Source: Proteromonas lacertae (taxonomy: Eukaryota). Taken from it: DNA of 64,000 nucleotides. Shown here piece by piece: positions 36,675-48,312 of this stretch. Position 1 is the stretch's first letter. Every line of letters starts with the position of its first letter. Below the pieces are notes generated by a model. It had not been told where the DNA came from, did not search any database, and saw only the letters and a program-made list of their open reading frames with translations. Location: contig NGBS01000880.1 of assembly GCA_002245135.1 (NCBI GenBank), positions 1 to 64,000 of the forward strand, read 5' to 3'. The translations under genes were made by a program, and so were the position numbers.

Positions 36675-37259
36675 TTAATTAATTATACAAGTAGGTGATG
36701 TAGTTAGATCTACTGTAGCTACCCCCGGGATAGAACTTGTAGATGTTTCTACTTTAGCAATATCTACCTTTGGTCGACCCTCGGCAGTGGAACTATTCTC
36801 TACTTTACGCTTCTTATCTTCTCCACTATTATCACTTCCTTTCTTTACTTCTTCATATCTTCTCTTCTTCTTATTTCTACACTCTGTACAAGATTTATAG
36901 AATACACCTTCACTCTTATAACCAAATTCATCATTAGCTTTCTTCTTACCACAAGTACTACATACTTGTGAATCTGAATCTGACTTTGTTATATCCTTTC
37001 TTTTTTTAGGTTTAGATTCGCTTTGTTTTTCTTCCTTCACTTCTTCTTCTTCCATTGTTATATCAATATCATCACCTGGTTGTTCACTCCATTCTGGATC
37101 ATCTTCATACTCTTCAATCACAGAATACATACCATCCAACATATCCTTAAATACTTTAATAATTAATGATTTTACTTCAGACATATCATTCTCATACATT
37201 TCACCTTCTTGTAAGTGTTTTTCAATATTAGCATCCAATTCGTTTTGTAAATCACTCAT
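36675..37259 (-). CDS. Acidic/basic protein with a CxxC...CxxC zinc ribbon
   Basis: CSTCGKK...YKSCTECRNKKK. Confidence 0.6.
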   Translation of the reverse strand: MSDLQNELDANIEKHLQEGEMYENDMSEVKSLIIKVFKDMLDGMYSVIEEYEDDPEWSEQPGDDIDITMEEEEVKEEKQSESKPKKRKDITKSDSDSQVCSTCGKKKANDEFGYKSEGVFYKSCTECRNKKKRRYEEVKKGSDNSGEDKKRKVENSSTAEGRPKVDIAKVETSTSSIPGVATVDLTTSPTCIIN

Positions 37260-37386
37260 TTTAATTTATGTAGATTATTTCAAAAATCGCAAGAATTTTA
37301 TGAATGAAAAGAATTATGTAATATTATGTTTATTTCTATTCAGCCAATCAAAAAACAAAATTCAATTAAAACCAATGATTTAAAAA

Positions 37387-37728
37387 TTAGTTATGAAATC
37401 TTAGTCTTTCTTCAATGATGTTCTTTTCATCAATACCATAACGCTTTAACATCTTGGTTTTTCTACTCTCTTCTTCAGGATCAACCCATTTTCTAGGGCG
37501 TATGGTTGCTTGTGCTACGCTGGTTGGTTTATGATTTGCACGCCATTCTTCATACTTTCTGTCATCCTCATCAGCTGTATCAGATGTATACCACATTACT
37601 ACTGGAGGTGGCTCAGCTACTATTCTAGCTACTTCACTTTCAATGATTGCATAGATTCTTTCAAAGTCTTCATCCTCACTTTTACTTCTATCTTCTATAT
37701 TAACATTCTCGATCCAAATTCTTGACAT
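37387..37728 (-). CDS. Hypothetical protein
   Basis: ORF from MSRIWIE, charged composition. Confidence 0.5.
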   Translation of the reverse strand: MSRIWIENVNIEDRSKSEDEDFERIYAIIESEVARIVAEPPPVVMWYTSDTADEDDRKYEEWRANHKPTSVAQATIRPRKWVDPEEESRKTKMLKRYGIDEKNIIEERLRFHN

Positions 37729-38651
37729 TTTTTTGAAATTATGATTGATAAAAAACAATAAGAAAGAGTTAAATGAAATTATATACAAAAAACAAAAGAA
37801 AAAATTTTAACCCATAAAAATACTCATACACTAAAATATATAAAGAAATTTAAATTCACCGCTTCCTCCAGTATAACCCGTACCAAAAACTAATTTACAC
37901 TCAACAATTAAGAATAATTTAAAAGATCTTCGTAACAAAGTGTTTATTCATGGATTACATCCAATTGAAATACTATTTAACACATTACAATGAAGAATAA
38001 CATATACAAATTTAAATTATAAGTATATATCAAATGTCAAATGTATTGGATTAGATTATAATAGAACATGCATGTATAGCAACATATTCTACGATAAAGG
38101 AAATAGGATTGTATTTAATAAACCAAAATATAAAATGAAATGCGTTGCAATTAGATGTAAGAATAGTGATTATTGCTACAAACCTAAAATTTCATTAAAA
38201 AGAAGATAATTACAAAAGCAATACATATATAAAACCTAATTTAATGGAGTTGTTTTAATTAGAATTAGTATGTAGAATTAGTAATAGTCATGAGATTTGG
38301 TAAATGTTTCTTTGATGCAGTATTTTTTAGTTTGGTTGATAAAACTTTCATAATACTTATAAGAATTTCAAAAAACAAATTACAACTTTCAAATAACAAT
38401 TTAATATATTTTTCTTTTCACTCAAAATATAAAAAATACATATTAATAATTATTTTATATACTATTTCTATTAATAATGATTTTATAAACATCTATATAG
38501 TGTAGAGTTAGCATTGTTGTTTATAAAATCATAACGACATTATTCATCTATTATAATAAATATTACGAACTGAATGCAGAAAAGCTTGAGATTTGTCTAT
38601 TTTTTGAAAGTTATAATGAGATGTTTTTTCAACCAAATTGAAAAATACTGT

Positions 38652-39611
38652 ATGAAACTAATTATTACTTATATGTTTATAATTATTATACTTTTTATTG
38701 TCTACAAAATAATAAATGTGAGAAGTAAATATCCATTTAAACATGTTTATGTCGTGCTTACAGTATTTATGAGAAATAATTTATTAAAACAATTAAATTT
38801 AATACTAAAGCAATCAATTGTGTATAATTACAACATACATATAATCGTATTTCAAAGTGGAATATATAATAACATATCAGTTGCTTTACATTGCTGGAAA
38901 ATGAAACATAATTTTGATGTCACTTTTATTCATTCTACTATAGAAACTGGTTTTTATGGTAGATTTTTAGGTCCTTTAGTATCTTATACTACAGAAAATT
39001 CTTATTTTATAATAATTGATGATGATGTGATGTGGGGTAGCAAATATTTTGAAAATATGATAAGAGTAGTAGATTCAGGATCACTAGCTGTAAGAATGGG
39101 TAGATTGATATCAAGTAAATCTAAAGAACTAACAGTAGAAAATATATGGAAAGTTAATTTACCTGTCACTTATAATGAAGATATAGAATATGATTTTGGT
39201 GGACATATGTGGGCAGGTAAAATAAAATGGATTAGAAATGTGTGGAAGTATCCTCCTCCTACAATTCATACATCAGAAGATTTTTGGATAAGTGCAGTAT
39301 TAAAGGTATATTATAATATAACCACAAAAAAGCCAATGTGTCCCTCAAGCGTTATTCCAATTAAACCTGATTTTTGTGCTTGTTCAGATAAAACACAAAA
39401 CGCAAATAAGCACGAACCTTTACATTTAGGTGGAAAAGTTATTCACGAAGACAGAGCATTTGCTATAAATTTGATAAGACAAACATATAAAGTTCCTTTG
39501 CTATTAGATTCTGACCCTAATATTATTGGAAAAATAAGAAAGAAATACATTTATAATACAACATTTATAGTTGAAGAAGATTATTTAAAGAATTGTTTGT
39601 ATTATGTATAG
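38652..39611 (+). CDS. GT-A fold glycosyltransferase-like, type II membrane
   Basis: N-terminal TM, FIIIDDDV, SEDFWIS. Confidence 0.7.
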   Translation: MKLIITYMFIIIILFIVYKIINVRSKYPFKHVYVVLTVFMRNNLLKQLNLILKQSIVYNYNIHIIVFQSGIYNNISVALHCWKMKHNFDVTFIHSTIETGFYGRFLGPLVSYTTENSYFIIIDDDVMWGSKYFENMIRVVDSGSLAVRMGRLISSKSKELTVENIWKVNLPVTYNEDIEYDFGGHMWAGKIKWIRNVWKYPPPTIHTSEDFWISAVLKVYYNITTKKPMCPSSVIPIKPDFCACSDKTQNANKHEPLHLGGKVIHEDRAFAINLIRQTYKVPLLLDSDPNIIGKIRKKYIYNTTFIVEEDYLKNCLYYV

Positions 39612-40133
39612 ATAGCTTAGAGAGATCATCAAATGAATATTCATATCTTTAAAAGTAACAATAAAAAATTTATTAATATTAAGTATATCAATATTCTTTT
39701 ATTATATTTTATCTAGCTATTATATAGATGGAATTAGATTATATGATAAATCTGTATAAATTAACAGAATTATTGAAAATTTAGGATATAGGCATGTTTT
39801 ACTGTCATATAAAAAACTATAATTCATTAATAACTCAATAACGATTATTGAACTTATAGTATTGTCTCAATCCTTCTTTTGAATCAATTATTCTTGAATT
39901 TATAAATATAAAACCTATCTCTTTTGCTAAATCATATTCAAAAATATTATTTCATCTAACATAAGGATGTTATGTTATTGTGATATTAATATTTCTATTA
40001 TATTTATTTTTTATTTTGTTACAACTATTTCTATGATAATATAATCGATTATCTCAAAGAAATACTGTCATATTGTATCATAATATAAACAAGATTAAAA
40101 AATGCTTAATATAAATATTTAGTATTATTATAC

Positions 40134-40976
40134 TTAAATAATAAAAGAAATTTTGTTATGATCAACTCTCCATGTTTTATCTATCAATTGACTATTGGTG
40201 GAATTAGAATTAACATAATCCCTATTTGTTTTACCTTTTATTAATTCGTCTAAGCTTGATCCAAAATCAATATATCTATTTTTTATATTTGCATTTTTCA
40301 TATGCCATATTAACACAGGAGCTAATGGTCCTATTGAAAACATAAACATGTAATTATTATATTTTTTAGCTATTAGAGTTACATTTTTTATTACTTTATC
40401 ATAATTACTTTCATAATATGATACAATAGACTTTGGAAAATAATAAACAGATTTTGCAAATGAAGTGTATTTTGCGTCTTCATTACAGAATAGGATTATG
40501 CTATTCTCTTCATCATGTGTTAAAGATTCAAATAGCAGCTTTGTTTTGGGATAATTTTTATTAACAAATATATTTGATGTTGTAAAATAATTTGAAGGTT
40601 GATTACTCCACCTTAAGAACTGATATAAGTATCTATAATATACTCCATAATAGCAGTTTCCATTCTTAGGACATTTTAGGGATTTATATAGCTCTTCTTT
40701 TATTTTACATTCACCTCCTTTATATTGGAAGTTATCAATTCCATCCACTTTTATACCAGCCATTATCATATATTCTCCATCTCCAAACCTACTGACAGAA
40801 ATATTACTCTTTTCATCCACTATCTGATTAGCTAATTCATACCACATTTGATAATAAGTTTTTGATATAAAGCTAGATTTAACAATTTTCCTTTTCTTTA
40901 GTGTTGAATTTTTATACGAAAAATAGAGTAGAATAAATAAAATCATACACAATACATTTAATATAAATCCATACAT
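40134..40976 (-). CDS. GT-D fold (DUF1792-like) glycosyltransferase with N-terminal TM
   Basis: SVSRFGDGE, SIGPLAPVL, YIDFGSSLD. Confidence 0.75.
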   Translation of the reverse strand: MYGFILNVLCMILFILLYFSYKNSTLKKRKIVKSSFISKTYYQMWYELANQIVDEKSNISVSRFGDGEYMIMAGIKVDGIDNFQYKGGECKIKEELYKSLKCPKNGNCYYGVYYRYLYQFLRWSNQPSNYFTTSNIFVNKNYPKTKLLFESLTHDEENSIILFCNEDAKYTSFAKSVYYFPKSIVSYYESNYDKVIKNVTLIAKKYNNYMFMFSIGPLAPVLIWHMKNANIKNRYIDFGSSLDELIKGKTNRDYVNSNSTNSQLIDKTWRVDHNKISFII

Positions 40977-41020
40977 AATTACATTTAATAATATATTAAT
41001 CTGATACAAAAGAATTGTAT

Positions 41021-41923
41021 ATGTTATATATATGGATTTTGTTGGCATATTTTTCACTATATATTCATTTTATTGCATATAAATGTAATTTATATGTGGA
41101 GCTATCAGCAGCAACGTTGTCTTATATTTTCTATTTACCTATTGTAGTAAAATCATGGAATATGAACGGTTATACTGCTATAGTAATAATTCTTTATCAT
41201 TGTATAAACAACAAAATAATATATATATCTAATATACTAAAAAGTTTAGGAAATGAAGTAATTTTAGAAAAGTTTAATATGTCTATGTCTTTAAATTATG
41301 CTTCAAAGTTATCTAGAATATATGGCTTTATAATTAGTAATAGAGTTAAAATGAATGATTATTTGATATTATCTGATGCTGATATGATTCCTGTATCTAA
41401 ATCATTTTTTTCTGATTTCAATTATAATAAATTCACTATCAAATCGCAAAATGAAAAAGGTTATGGCTATGGAAATAGCAAAGGAAGATGGACAATCTGT
41501 TATATGATTGCTAATAAATTCATATGGAAAGACATATTAAACGACGATATTAAGTATAATAATATAAAAGTAATTTTAGAAAACGTAATGAAAAATCAAT
41601 TTAGTAAAGGTAAAAAATATTTTGAAAGTTTTGATTATATTGATGAAGTGTATTTGCGAGATAAAATCAAGGATTGGAAAAAATACAGTTCAAATGTCAT
41701 ATTTCATATTAGAAATTGGAACAATACTAGAATTGATAGGTGTAGATGGCCAAAGAATATTTCTTTAATAAATAAGTCTAGCATCATTGACATTCATCTT
41801 CCCAGATTAGATAATAATGAAGAAAAAATATGGAAATTACACATAATGCCATTGCAACAATATTTATATAACTATACACCATTTGGGATGGATTATATTC
41901 AACACATACTGTCTCTTAATTGA
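41021..41923 (+). CDS. Putative DxD glycosyltransferase-like membrane protein
   Basis: N-terminal TM, ILSDADMIP, RIDRCRWP, IDIHLPR. Confidence 0.55.
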   Translation: MLYIWILLAYFSLYIHFIAYKCNLYVELSAATLSYIFYLPIVVKSWNMNGYTAIVIILYHCINNKIIYISNILKSLGNEVILEKFNMSMSLNYASKLSRIYGFIISNRVKMNDYLILSDADMIPVSKSFFSDFNYNKFTIKSQNEKGYGYGNSKGRWTICYMIANKFIWKDILNDDIKYNNIKVILENVMKNQFSKGKKYFESFDYIDEVYLRDKIKDWKKYSSNVIFHIRNWNNTRIDRCRWPKNISLINKSSIIDIHLPRLDNNEEKIWKLHIMPLQQYLYNYTPFGMDYIQHILSLN

Positions 41924-42098
41924 TATTTAGAAAAATTAATTATACTTTATATTTTATTACTTATATTATTCATTTATATATATAATTACATTATTATTTG
42001 TGGTTTAGGCAATAAAATACCAATAATTGTTTTTATATAATCTGACTCTGCGATTCATCTTGGTAACCTTGTAAGGGCCTTGAAGATCATATTAGTTT

Positions 42099-42420
42099 TA
42101 CGAGTCATCAAGTTTGGCATTTATGTAACGACTCTTTCCAAAAAACATATTCTTTGTTGAATACACATTTAAAGAGAATTTGTTCTTTGGAAAGAGTCGT
42201 TACAGAAATGTCATACTTGATGTCTGTACAAGTATTATGAAATTTAGCAACATTTAATTACAAGAATCTGTAACAAAAGTATATATTGCAGATATATGTT
42301 ATATGACAAAGTAAGTATAAAAGAAACAATTTTTCATTTAAATAAGTAATAATATACATATAATTTGTTTTAAAAATGTTTGGTAAACAAACAGCCTACT
42401 CTAACAAACTGTGCACAACA
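42099..42420. mobile_element. Internally deleted Tc1 TIR remnant (42099-42270) abutting the right end of a diverged TGT...ACA MITE (42273-42420)
   Basis: Matches both TIRs of 7188-8845, then the MITE arm ending GTGCACAACA. Confidence 0.8.
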
Positions 42421-42491
42421 ATATGGAAGTATTAGAATTATAATCACTATTTTCATATTATAACTAAAATAGGTAATAAATAGATATTCGA

Positions 42492-43765
42492 TCATTTAAA
42501 TTGTCTTTGCCACCAATTATCATTTCTAAGACAAAATACATATCCTTTGTTAATAAATTTCAATTCATGAATAATTATTAGTTGAGTATTTATATTGATA
42601 AGATCAAGTATATCACCTTCATTATTAATTATATCAACATGTAAAGATTGTTTAATCATATTTGAAGGAATTTTATTGGAATGCAAAAATGAATTTTCTC
42701 TATAATTCTTTCCACATTTCTTTTCAAAGTATTCCAAATTATACAATCTCACAAAAGTGCAATATGTATCACCATTACATGGAAAACGAGGAAAAATAAT
42801 ACTTCTGTTCAATTTTTTGCTAATATATATCAATGTTGATAATACATTTGTTATATTTGAGGTATTTAAATAGAAGTATCTTTTACTGTAGTATAAATAA
42901 TTAATTGATGTTGATGAATAATAACCATTATTATCTAAAGCATATATTCCTAATTCTTTCATCCTATACATTTTAGCCACAATACCAAAAGTATAATCAT
43001 TATGAAACCCTATTAGATTTAAGACATTTGAAGATCTATTATATAAGAAATTAATTCTATTGAAGAAGTTATATCCATCCATAATAATATCTATATTCAA
43101 TGATTTTACATGAGAAAAATTAATAGATTTCATATACCTATTTGCTAAACTTTGTTCAGAATAGCTCCATTCATATGATGTGCAATTATTTTCAATTGAG
43201 ATCAAATCATTTAAATAATTAATAGTAAACTTGCTTCTCTTTAGTAGTCTATATTTATTCATAATATAAATTATATATACACTAATCCATAATTTAAAAC
43301 ATTACATATAACGCTATCACATGCTAATATTAAATCGATTGAAGAACTGAAATACTTTAATAGTTCATTAGGATTTTTGAAGAAGTATATATCAGCATCT
43401 AGTGCTAATAAATAATTTGTTTGTTTTATATATTTCATAAAAATAGGATGTTTTAGTCTCATTTTTTTAGCAAATCCAATTGTATGAATTTTATTTCCAT
43501 ATACATTCTCTTCAACTAATTTGGGAGAAATTTCAACTGGCAAATTATACCTTCTACATTTTTCATACATTTTGGATGATGTTGCAATTACTTTAAAATT
43601 TTGAATATTATAGTATTTAATTACAGAAATATAAAAATTTCTCACTACATCAAAATAATATAAATCAGCAGGAACTATTATTAAAAATTTCATTTTTAAT
43701 AAAGATGATAAAAATAAAAATAATATAAATAAAATACTTGTAATATAGAACTTATGATACAACAT
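42492..43765 (-). CDS. Nucleotide-diphospho-sugar transferase (GT77-like), two exons
   Basis: LDADIYFFKNP; a 32-nt GT-AG intron (43249-43280) joins the two ORFs into NYGLVLLKRSKFT; SEQ and K.YRMKELG motifs. Confidence 0.85.
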
Positions 43766-43772
43766 TTGGTTT

Positions 43773-44807
43773 TTATATACTTTTATAATTATTAAGATTA
43801 TTTAAAAGAAATATTTCAAAAGGATTAAATCCATGAATTAACATATATTTATGTATATTATTTAGTAAAATAGATAAATTTTTAGGAAGATCTCTTATAA
43901 TATATTGAGATATGTCAATTATTGATATGTTATTATACTTGTATAAATATCCCATAAAAACATCTTCAATCCAAATCTTGGGATTTACATATTCTATAGA
44001 TTTACTTAACAATTTAATGGTATTAAGAGGTATAATATATCCTACACCTTGCAAATAAGGCGGATATAAACTCTCTTTTATAATGTCATATGGAACATAA
44101 TGGCTATACTTTCTATTTCTTAACACATGTGTTTTTGATATTTTACCTATAGCATAATTAGAGCTACTTATTTTTATATTATTCAACCATTTAACAATCA
44201 AAGAAATGTTGATAAATACATCTATATCAGTTTTTAGCAAATATTTATAATTACAGTTTGCTGACCATAATATCATATGTACAGTTTGAATGCTAAGATT
44301 AAAATAAGAAGATTTTTCATTAAATTGCAATATGTCTTTATATAAATATGATTCATACCTCAACTTATTATTAACTTCATTTGAAATACTTTTAGATGTA
44401 ATATACACCAATTTATATTCTTTAGACTTAAAATGACTTTTTCGTGATAAAAATCTTTCATAAAATTCCTCTGGTCTGGAATGTATAACAATCAGCAAAT
44501 ATATAAAATGATTATCTATTGTCGGAGAAATTAATATAGAATTATCTAAAGGATAACAAAACAAATAGTTATTTGGATGTCCACCATATCCTATTTTTCT
44601 AAATTTAGATTTTTTTCTCATTTTAATAATATCATTCATACGCTTTATTTTTGAAAAATTTAGATATACATACTTATCACGCAAAAACTGATAATATTCT
44701 GATATAAAAATGGATTTAGTATGATATAAAATCAACTCTTTGATTGCTTGAATAAAGTAAATTATTACTAATATTACTACTATAAAATAGAGAAATACAA
44801 GTAGCAT
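43773..44807 (-). CDS. GT31 beta-1,3-galactosyltransferase-like
   Basis: N-terminal TM, HSRPEEFYER, YLLKTDIDVFIN, YPPYLQGVGY, EDVFMG. Confidence 0.88.
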   Translation of the reverse strand: MLLVFLYFIVVILVIIYFIQAIKELILYHTKSIFISEYYQFLRDKYVYLNFSKIKRMNDIIKMRKKSKFRKIGYGGHPNNYLFCYPLDNSILISPTIDNHFIYLLIVIHSRPEEFYERFLSRKSHFKSKEYKLVYITSKSISNEVNNKLRYESYLYKDILQFNEKSSYFNLSIQTVHMILWSANCNYKYLLKTDIDVFINISLIVKWLNNIKISSSNYAIGKISKTHVLRNRKYSHYVPYDIIKESLYPPYLQGVGYIIPLNTIKLLSKSIEYVNPKIWIEDVFMGYLYKYNNISIIDISQYIIRDLPKNLSILLNNIHKYMLIHGFNPFEIFLLNNLNNYKSI

Positions 44808-44841
44808 AATTCCTGTTACTTACGTTATACACTTTTATTAA

Positions 44842-45696
44842 ATATTTAATCAATACAGTTTATATATTATATTATTAATTAATATTATTATACATTACAT
44901 AATAAATATATATAAAAGTAATAATGTAAGAAATAACGTAGTTCATTGGGAAAATATCAATTTTGTTTACATATATAATTTTTCTTTAAACCCTACAAAT
45001 TTTTCATATCATAGAATTACTATTTTCATTATATCGTCAGTTAATCATAATTATATAAGATATAATCTAAAAAAAACATGGATTCAGTTGTGCTTACAAA
45101 TATCTTGCATATATTATTTTGTTATAGCTACAAAAGGATATTTAAATTCAATTAACAAAGAAAGTAAAAATGATATAATTGGAATTGATATTATAGACAG
45201 TTATTACAATTTGACTATTCTAACAGCCAATATATATAAATACTACGCACTAAATAATCTACATTCAGATTATATTATAAAAAATGATGATGATATTTAT
45301 CCAAATATTCCACTTATAATGTTGTATATAAACATATATATAAACAAATTAAAAATTTCAGGGTATTACTATCCAAAGATGAAAGTTTCCAGAAATAGGA
45401 CCTATTCTGTATATTTACCTATTTTTCTCTACCCAAATGAATTCTTTCCAAATTTTGTAGCAGGTGGTTTTGTGATAACTCACACTAATTATATGGCACA
45501 TTTTTATAAAGAGCTTAAAATAATGAGAAAAATTATTTATAGAGAAGATATGAATATGGCTGTAGTTTATAAAAGATTTAATATAAATTTTCAAAAAATA
45601 AACAAATATTATCATAGACGAGAAAAGTGTATTTCTTTAAAACGTAAGTTACATGATATTTGCTGGCATGGATATTTCAGAGAAAAGTGTGAATAA
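44842..45696 (+). CDS. GT31-like galactosyltransferase; no ATG at the expected start
   Basis: Frame open from 44842; ISS..R..LKKTW, IIKNDDDIYPN, FPNFVAGG, EDMNM. Confidence 0.75.
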   Translation: MFNQYSLYIILLINIIIHYIINIYKSNNVRNNVVHWENINFVYIYNFSLNPTNFSYHRITIFIISSVNHNYIRYNLKKTWIQLCLQISCIYYFVIATKGYLNSINKESKNDIIGIDIIDSYYNLTILTANIYKYYALNNLHSDYIIKNDDDIYPNIPLIMLYINIYINKLKISGYYYPKMKVSRNRTYSVYLPIFLYPNEFFPNFVAGGFVITHTNYMAHFYKELKIMRKIIYREDMNMAVVYKRFNINFQKINKYYHRREKCISLKRKLHDICWHGYFREKCE

Positions 45697-45742
45697 GTTA
45701 TTTCAAATAGTGAATATGTTAGTTATTATTTATATTATTTCA

Positions 45743-46738
45743 TTATTGTAGAGTGTTTATTAGTATTTCAATTGGATGTAATCCATGAACAAAAACTTTG
45801 TTACGAATATCTATTAAATTGGTTTTTCTTTTATAAGTAATTTCTGAATATTTGAATATATCAAGATATTTTAATTTACAATATTTCATTATGTCTCCAA
45901 ACATAGCATCTTCAATCCAAATTAATCTCTTTTCATGTTTAATAAATGAAGCTATACATCTCAGTGATGCTGATTTAAAAAGAAAACCTGGTCCATATGG
46001 ATAAGCAGGGTAACTGATGAAAGAAGTTGTTTTATTAATGCATATAACTGACCATTTTGCATTCATTGAGCAAGGTATCTTAGGATATTTTTGAATTGCG
46101 CCTATTACTGATACATTACTATTAACAGCATTTATAATATTTAATATCATTGTTATATTAAAATATGTGTCAATATCAAGTTTCATAATCCATTTAACGT
46201 TTACGCATTTACGGTATGTAAATAAATAAAAGCATGACATAATTAACGAACAATTATAGTAATTTGATAGAATATCAAATATTATAATATCGTGATATAA
46301 TTCTATTTCTTTTTCCATTAAGTTAGATATGTTATTATCATTTGTTTTACCTGTAATGAAAGAATATTTTTTATTATTTATTAAATACATTACTCTTCTT
46401 ATTATCATTCTTTCATATATTAATTCTGGTCTTGTTAATACACCTATAAAAATATTTGTGTTACAGCATTCTATTTCATTATACTTACTACATAATAATA
46501 ACATAGATTTTTTTATATATGATTGATGTTGCGATAATATAATTGATGGAATCTTATATTTGGTTTTATTTCTACCGCAAGATAAATCTCCACTTATTGA
46601 TATACATTTTTTATAAATTTGTAGTTCCTGTTTTATTTTATGATCTATATTTTCAAAATAATTATTATATCTACAACTGTGAATAAATAAATTATAAATA
46701 CATAAAAGAAAGTAAAAGAATGTTAAATAATATTTCAA
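45743..46738 (-). CDS. GT31-like galactosyltransferase; begins at TTG
   Basis: WIMKLDIDTYFN, YPAYPYGPGF, IEDAMFG, FVHGLHP. Confidence 0.85.
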   Translation of the reverse strand: MKYYLTFFYFLLCIYNLFIHSCRYNNYFENIDHKIKQELQIYKKCISISGDLSCGRNKTKYKIPSIILSQHQSYIKKSMLLLCSKYNEIECCNTNIFIGVLTRPELIYERMIIRRVMYLINNKKYSFITGKTNDNNISNLMEKEIELYHDIIIFDILSNYYNCSLIMSCFYLFTYRKCVNVKWIMKLDIDTYFNITMILNIINAVNSNVSVIGAIQKYPKIPCSMNAKWSVICINKTTSFISYPAYPYGPGFLFKSASLRCIASFIKHEKRLIWIEDAMFGDIMKYCKLKYLDIFKYSEITYKRKTNLIDIRNKVFVHGLHPIEILINTLQ

Positions 46739-47539
46739 TTTATTTTATGAAATTGTAATATTTCTACAAAGTGCATGCTTAAATTATTTCTACAAGGTGA
46801 TTAGTTGATTAATAAATCTAAACAGTGTAATTATTTAGTAATTATTCTTATATACATATCATAACTGTTAATAATGTAAAATTTAGTATATAATTTTGAC
46901 ATTTCATTCTTACTACCTATATATTTATTATATTTATTCATTATATGTTATAGGTAGTTTTTTCCCCCTATCCTTTCAGCTATCATTTCTTAAAAGAATC
47001 ATCTAAATAAATATTTATATATTCAAGAATACTTTTTTATTTTTCTATCTCCTGTATTCTTTTACTTAAGTTATTTAAAATATAAGTTATGAACCAAAAC
47101 TGATAATTATATTCTTCTGTTTTATTATTAAATTTACTACATCTTGATAATCCATATAATCTGATGTAATTATATTTTCAATAAAAATGAAAAATATATA
47201 TATCTAAGTGTAAAATATGTCGAACTTAGCTCAATACTAAAGTGACTATATTTCACATCAGATGCTATATTAAAATAGAGTTGAAATATAACAGAAACAT
47301 ACCACCAATGAAAGAAAGGTGAACTATTTTCTTTTAGAAATCATTATTTAGAAATCATTGTCAGATAGAAGCAAAAAATCGCTAACTAAATTATAAAAAA
47401 TATTTTGAAGAGAAAGATATATATATAAGTTTCATAATAATTATTAGCTTTGAAGAATAAGCAGTGATTAATATGTATTTGTTTAAAATATGTTGAATAA
47501 TAAGACCAAATTAATAATCTACATACTTTGTAAGAGCAG

Positions 47540-47620
47540 GTTGTTTGTTTGCCAGACAATTTTATAACAAACTAAATGCATATTCTTGCTTATTTTGATG
47601 AAAAAATGTTACTTTTATAC
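47540..47620. mobile_element. Diverged fragment of the MITE TIR
   Basis: ccagacaattttataacaaactaaatgcatattcttgcttattttgatgaaaaaatgttacttttatact matches ~15245-15320. Confidence 0.7.
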
Positions 47621-48312
47621 TGTTGTGTATAAAATTATAGTGACTAAAATGAATTAATAGAGAAAATTAGGATTACTGAATTTTTACTTATTGAGGATTT
47701 AAGTTAGAAGAAATAAAACATATAAAATTAATTAAGGATTTTAGTTCATTATTCTCTTAAATGACAAAATAGATACTTATGATTTTTCTATTCTCATTTG
47801 TTTCTATTTATATGTTAAAATACATAAATAGAATAGATAAAAACAAATCATTTTTAAGTGATGAAAGAAAACATAATACACCTCCATCTTTTTTAGTACT
47901 ACTTAATAACAAGTTGTTAATTTACATAGCTGTAAAAGATGAAAGATATAAAGTCATTAGAATATTAAGAGGAATGTTTTTAAATATTAGGAAATCTAAT
48001 ATAAGATAAGAAGAGAGTCTTATTATAATTTACCATATATTGATGACTTTTATATGTTTACGAAAACCTTATCATGTAAAGAAACAATGAAGATGACTAA
48101 ATATATAACATCTACAAAGAATGTAATTGCGTTAAGATTTCATGATGTAATTTCTAATGATATACATTGCACAATTGATATTTAAGATGGGCATTGTCGT
48201 CATACAAGACTAATACCAGCTGATTCAAAATCATTTTGCATAAATTTATCTAATGACTATATTTTGAATATTATTATAGTATTATATTTTGAAGATTACG
48301 AAACGGCTATTT

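Larger units (their letters stand above)
20200..37850. mobile_element. Endogenous Polinton-like virus/Maverick, element 1 (boundaries approximate, right half rearranged)
   Basis: Dense intronless ORFs including minor capsid, MCP, packaging ATPase, basic core proteins and rve integrase; no clear TIRs seen. Confidence 0.85.
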
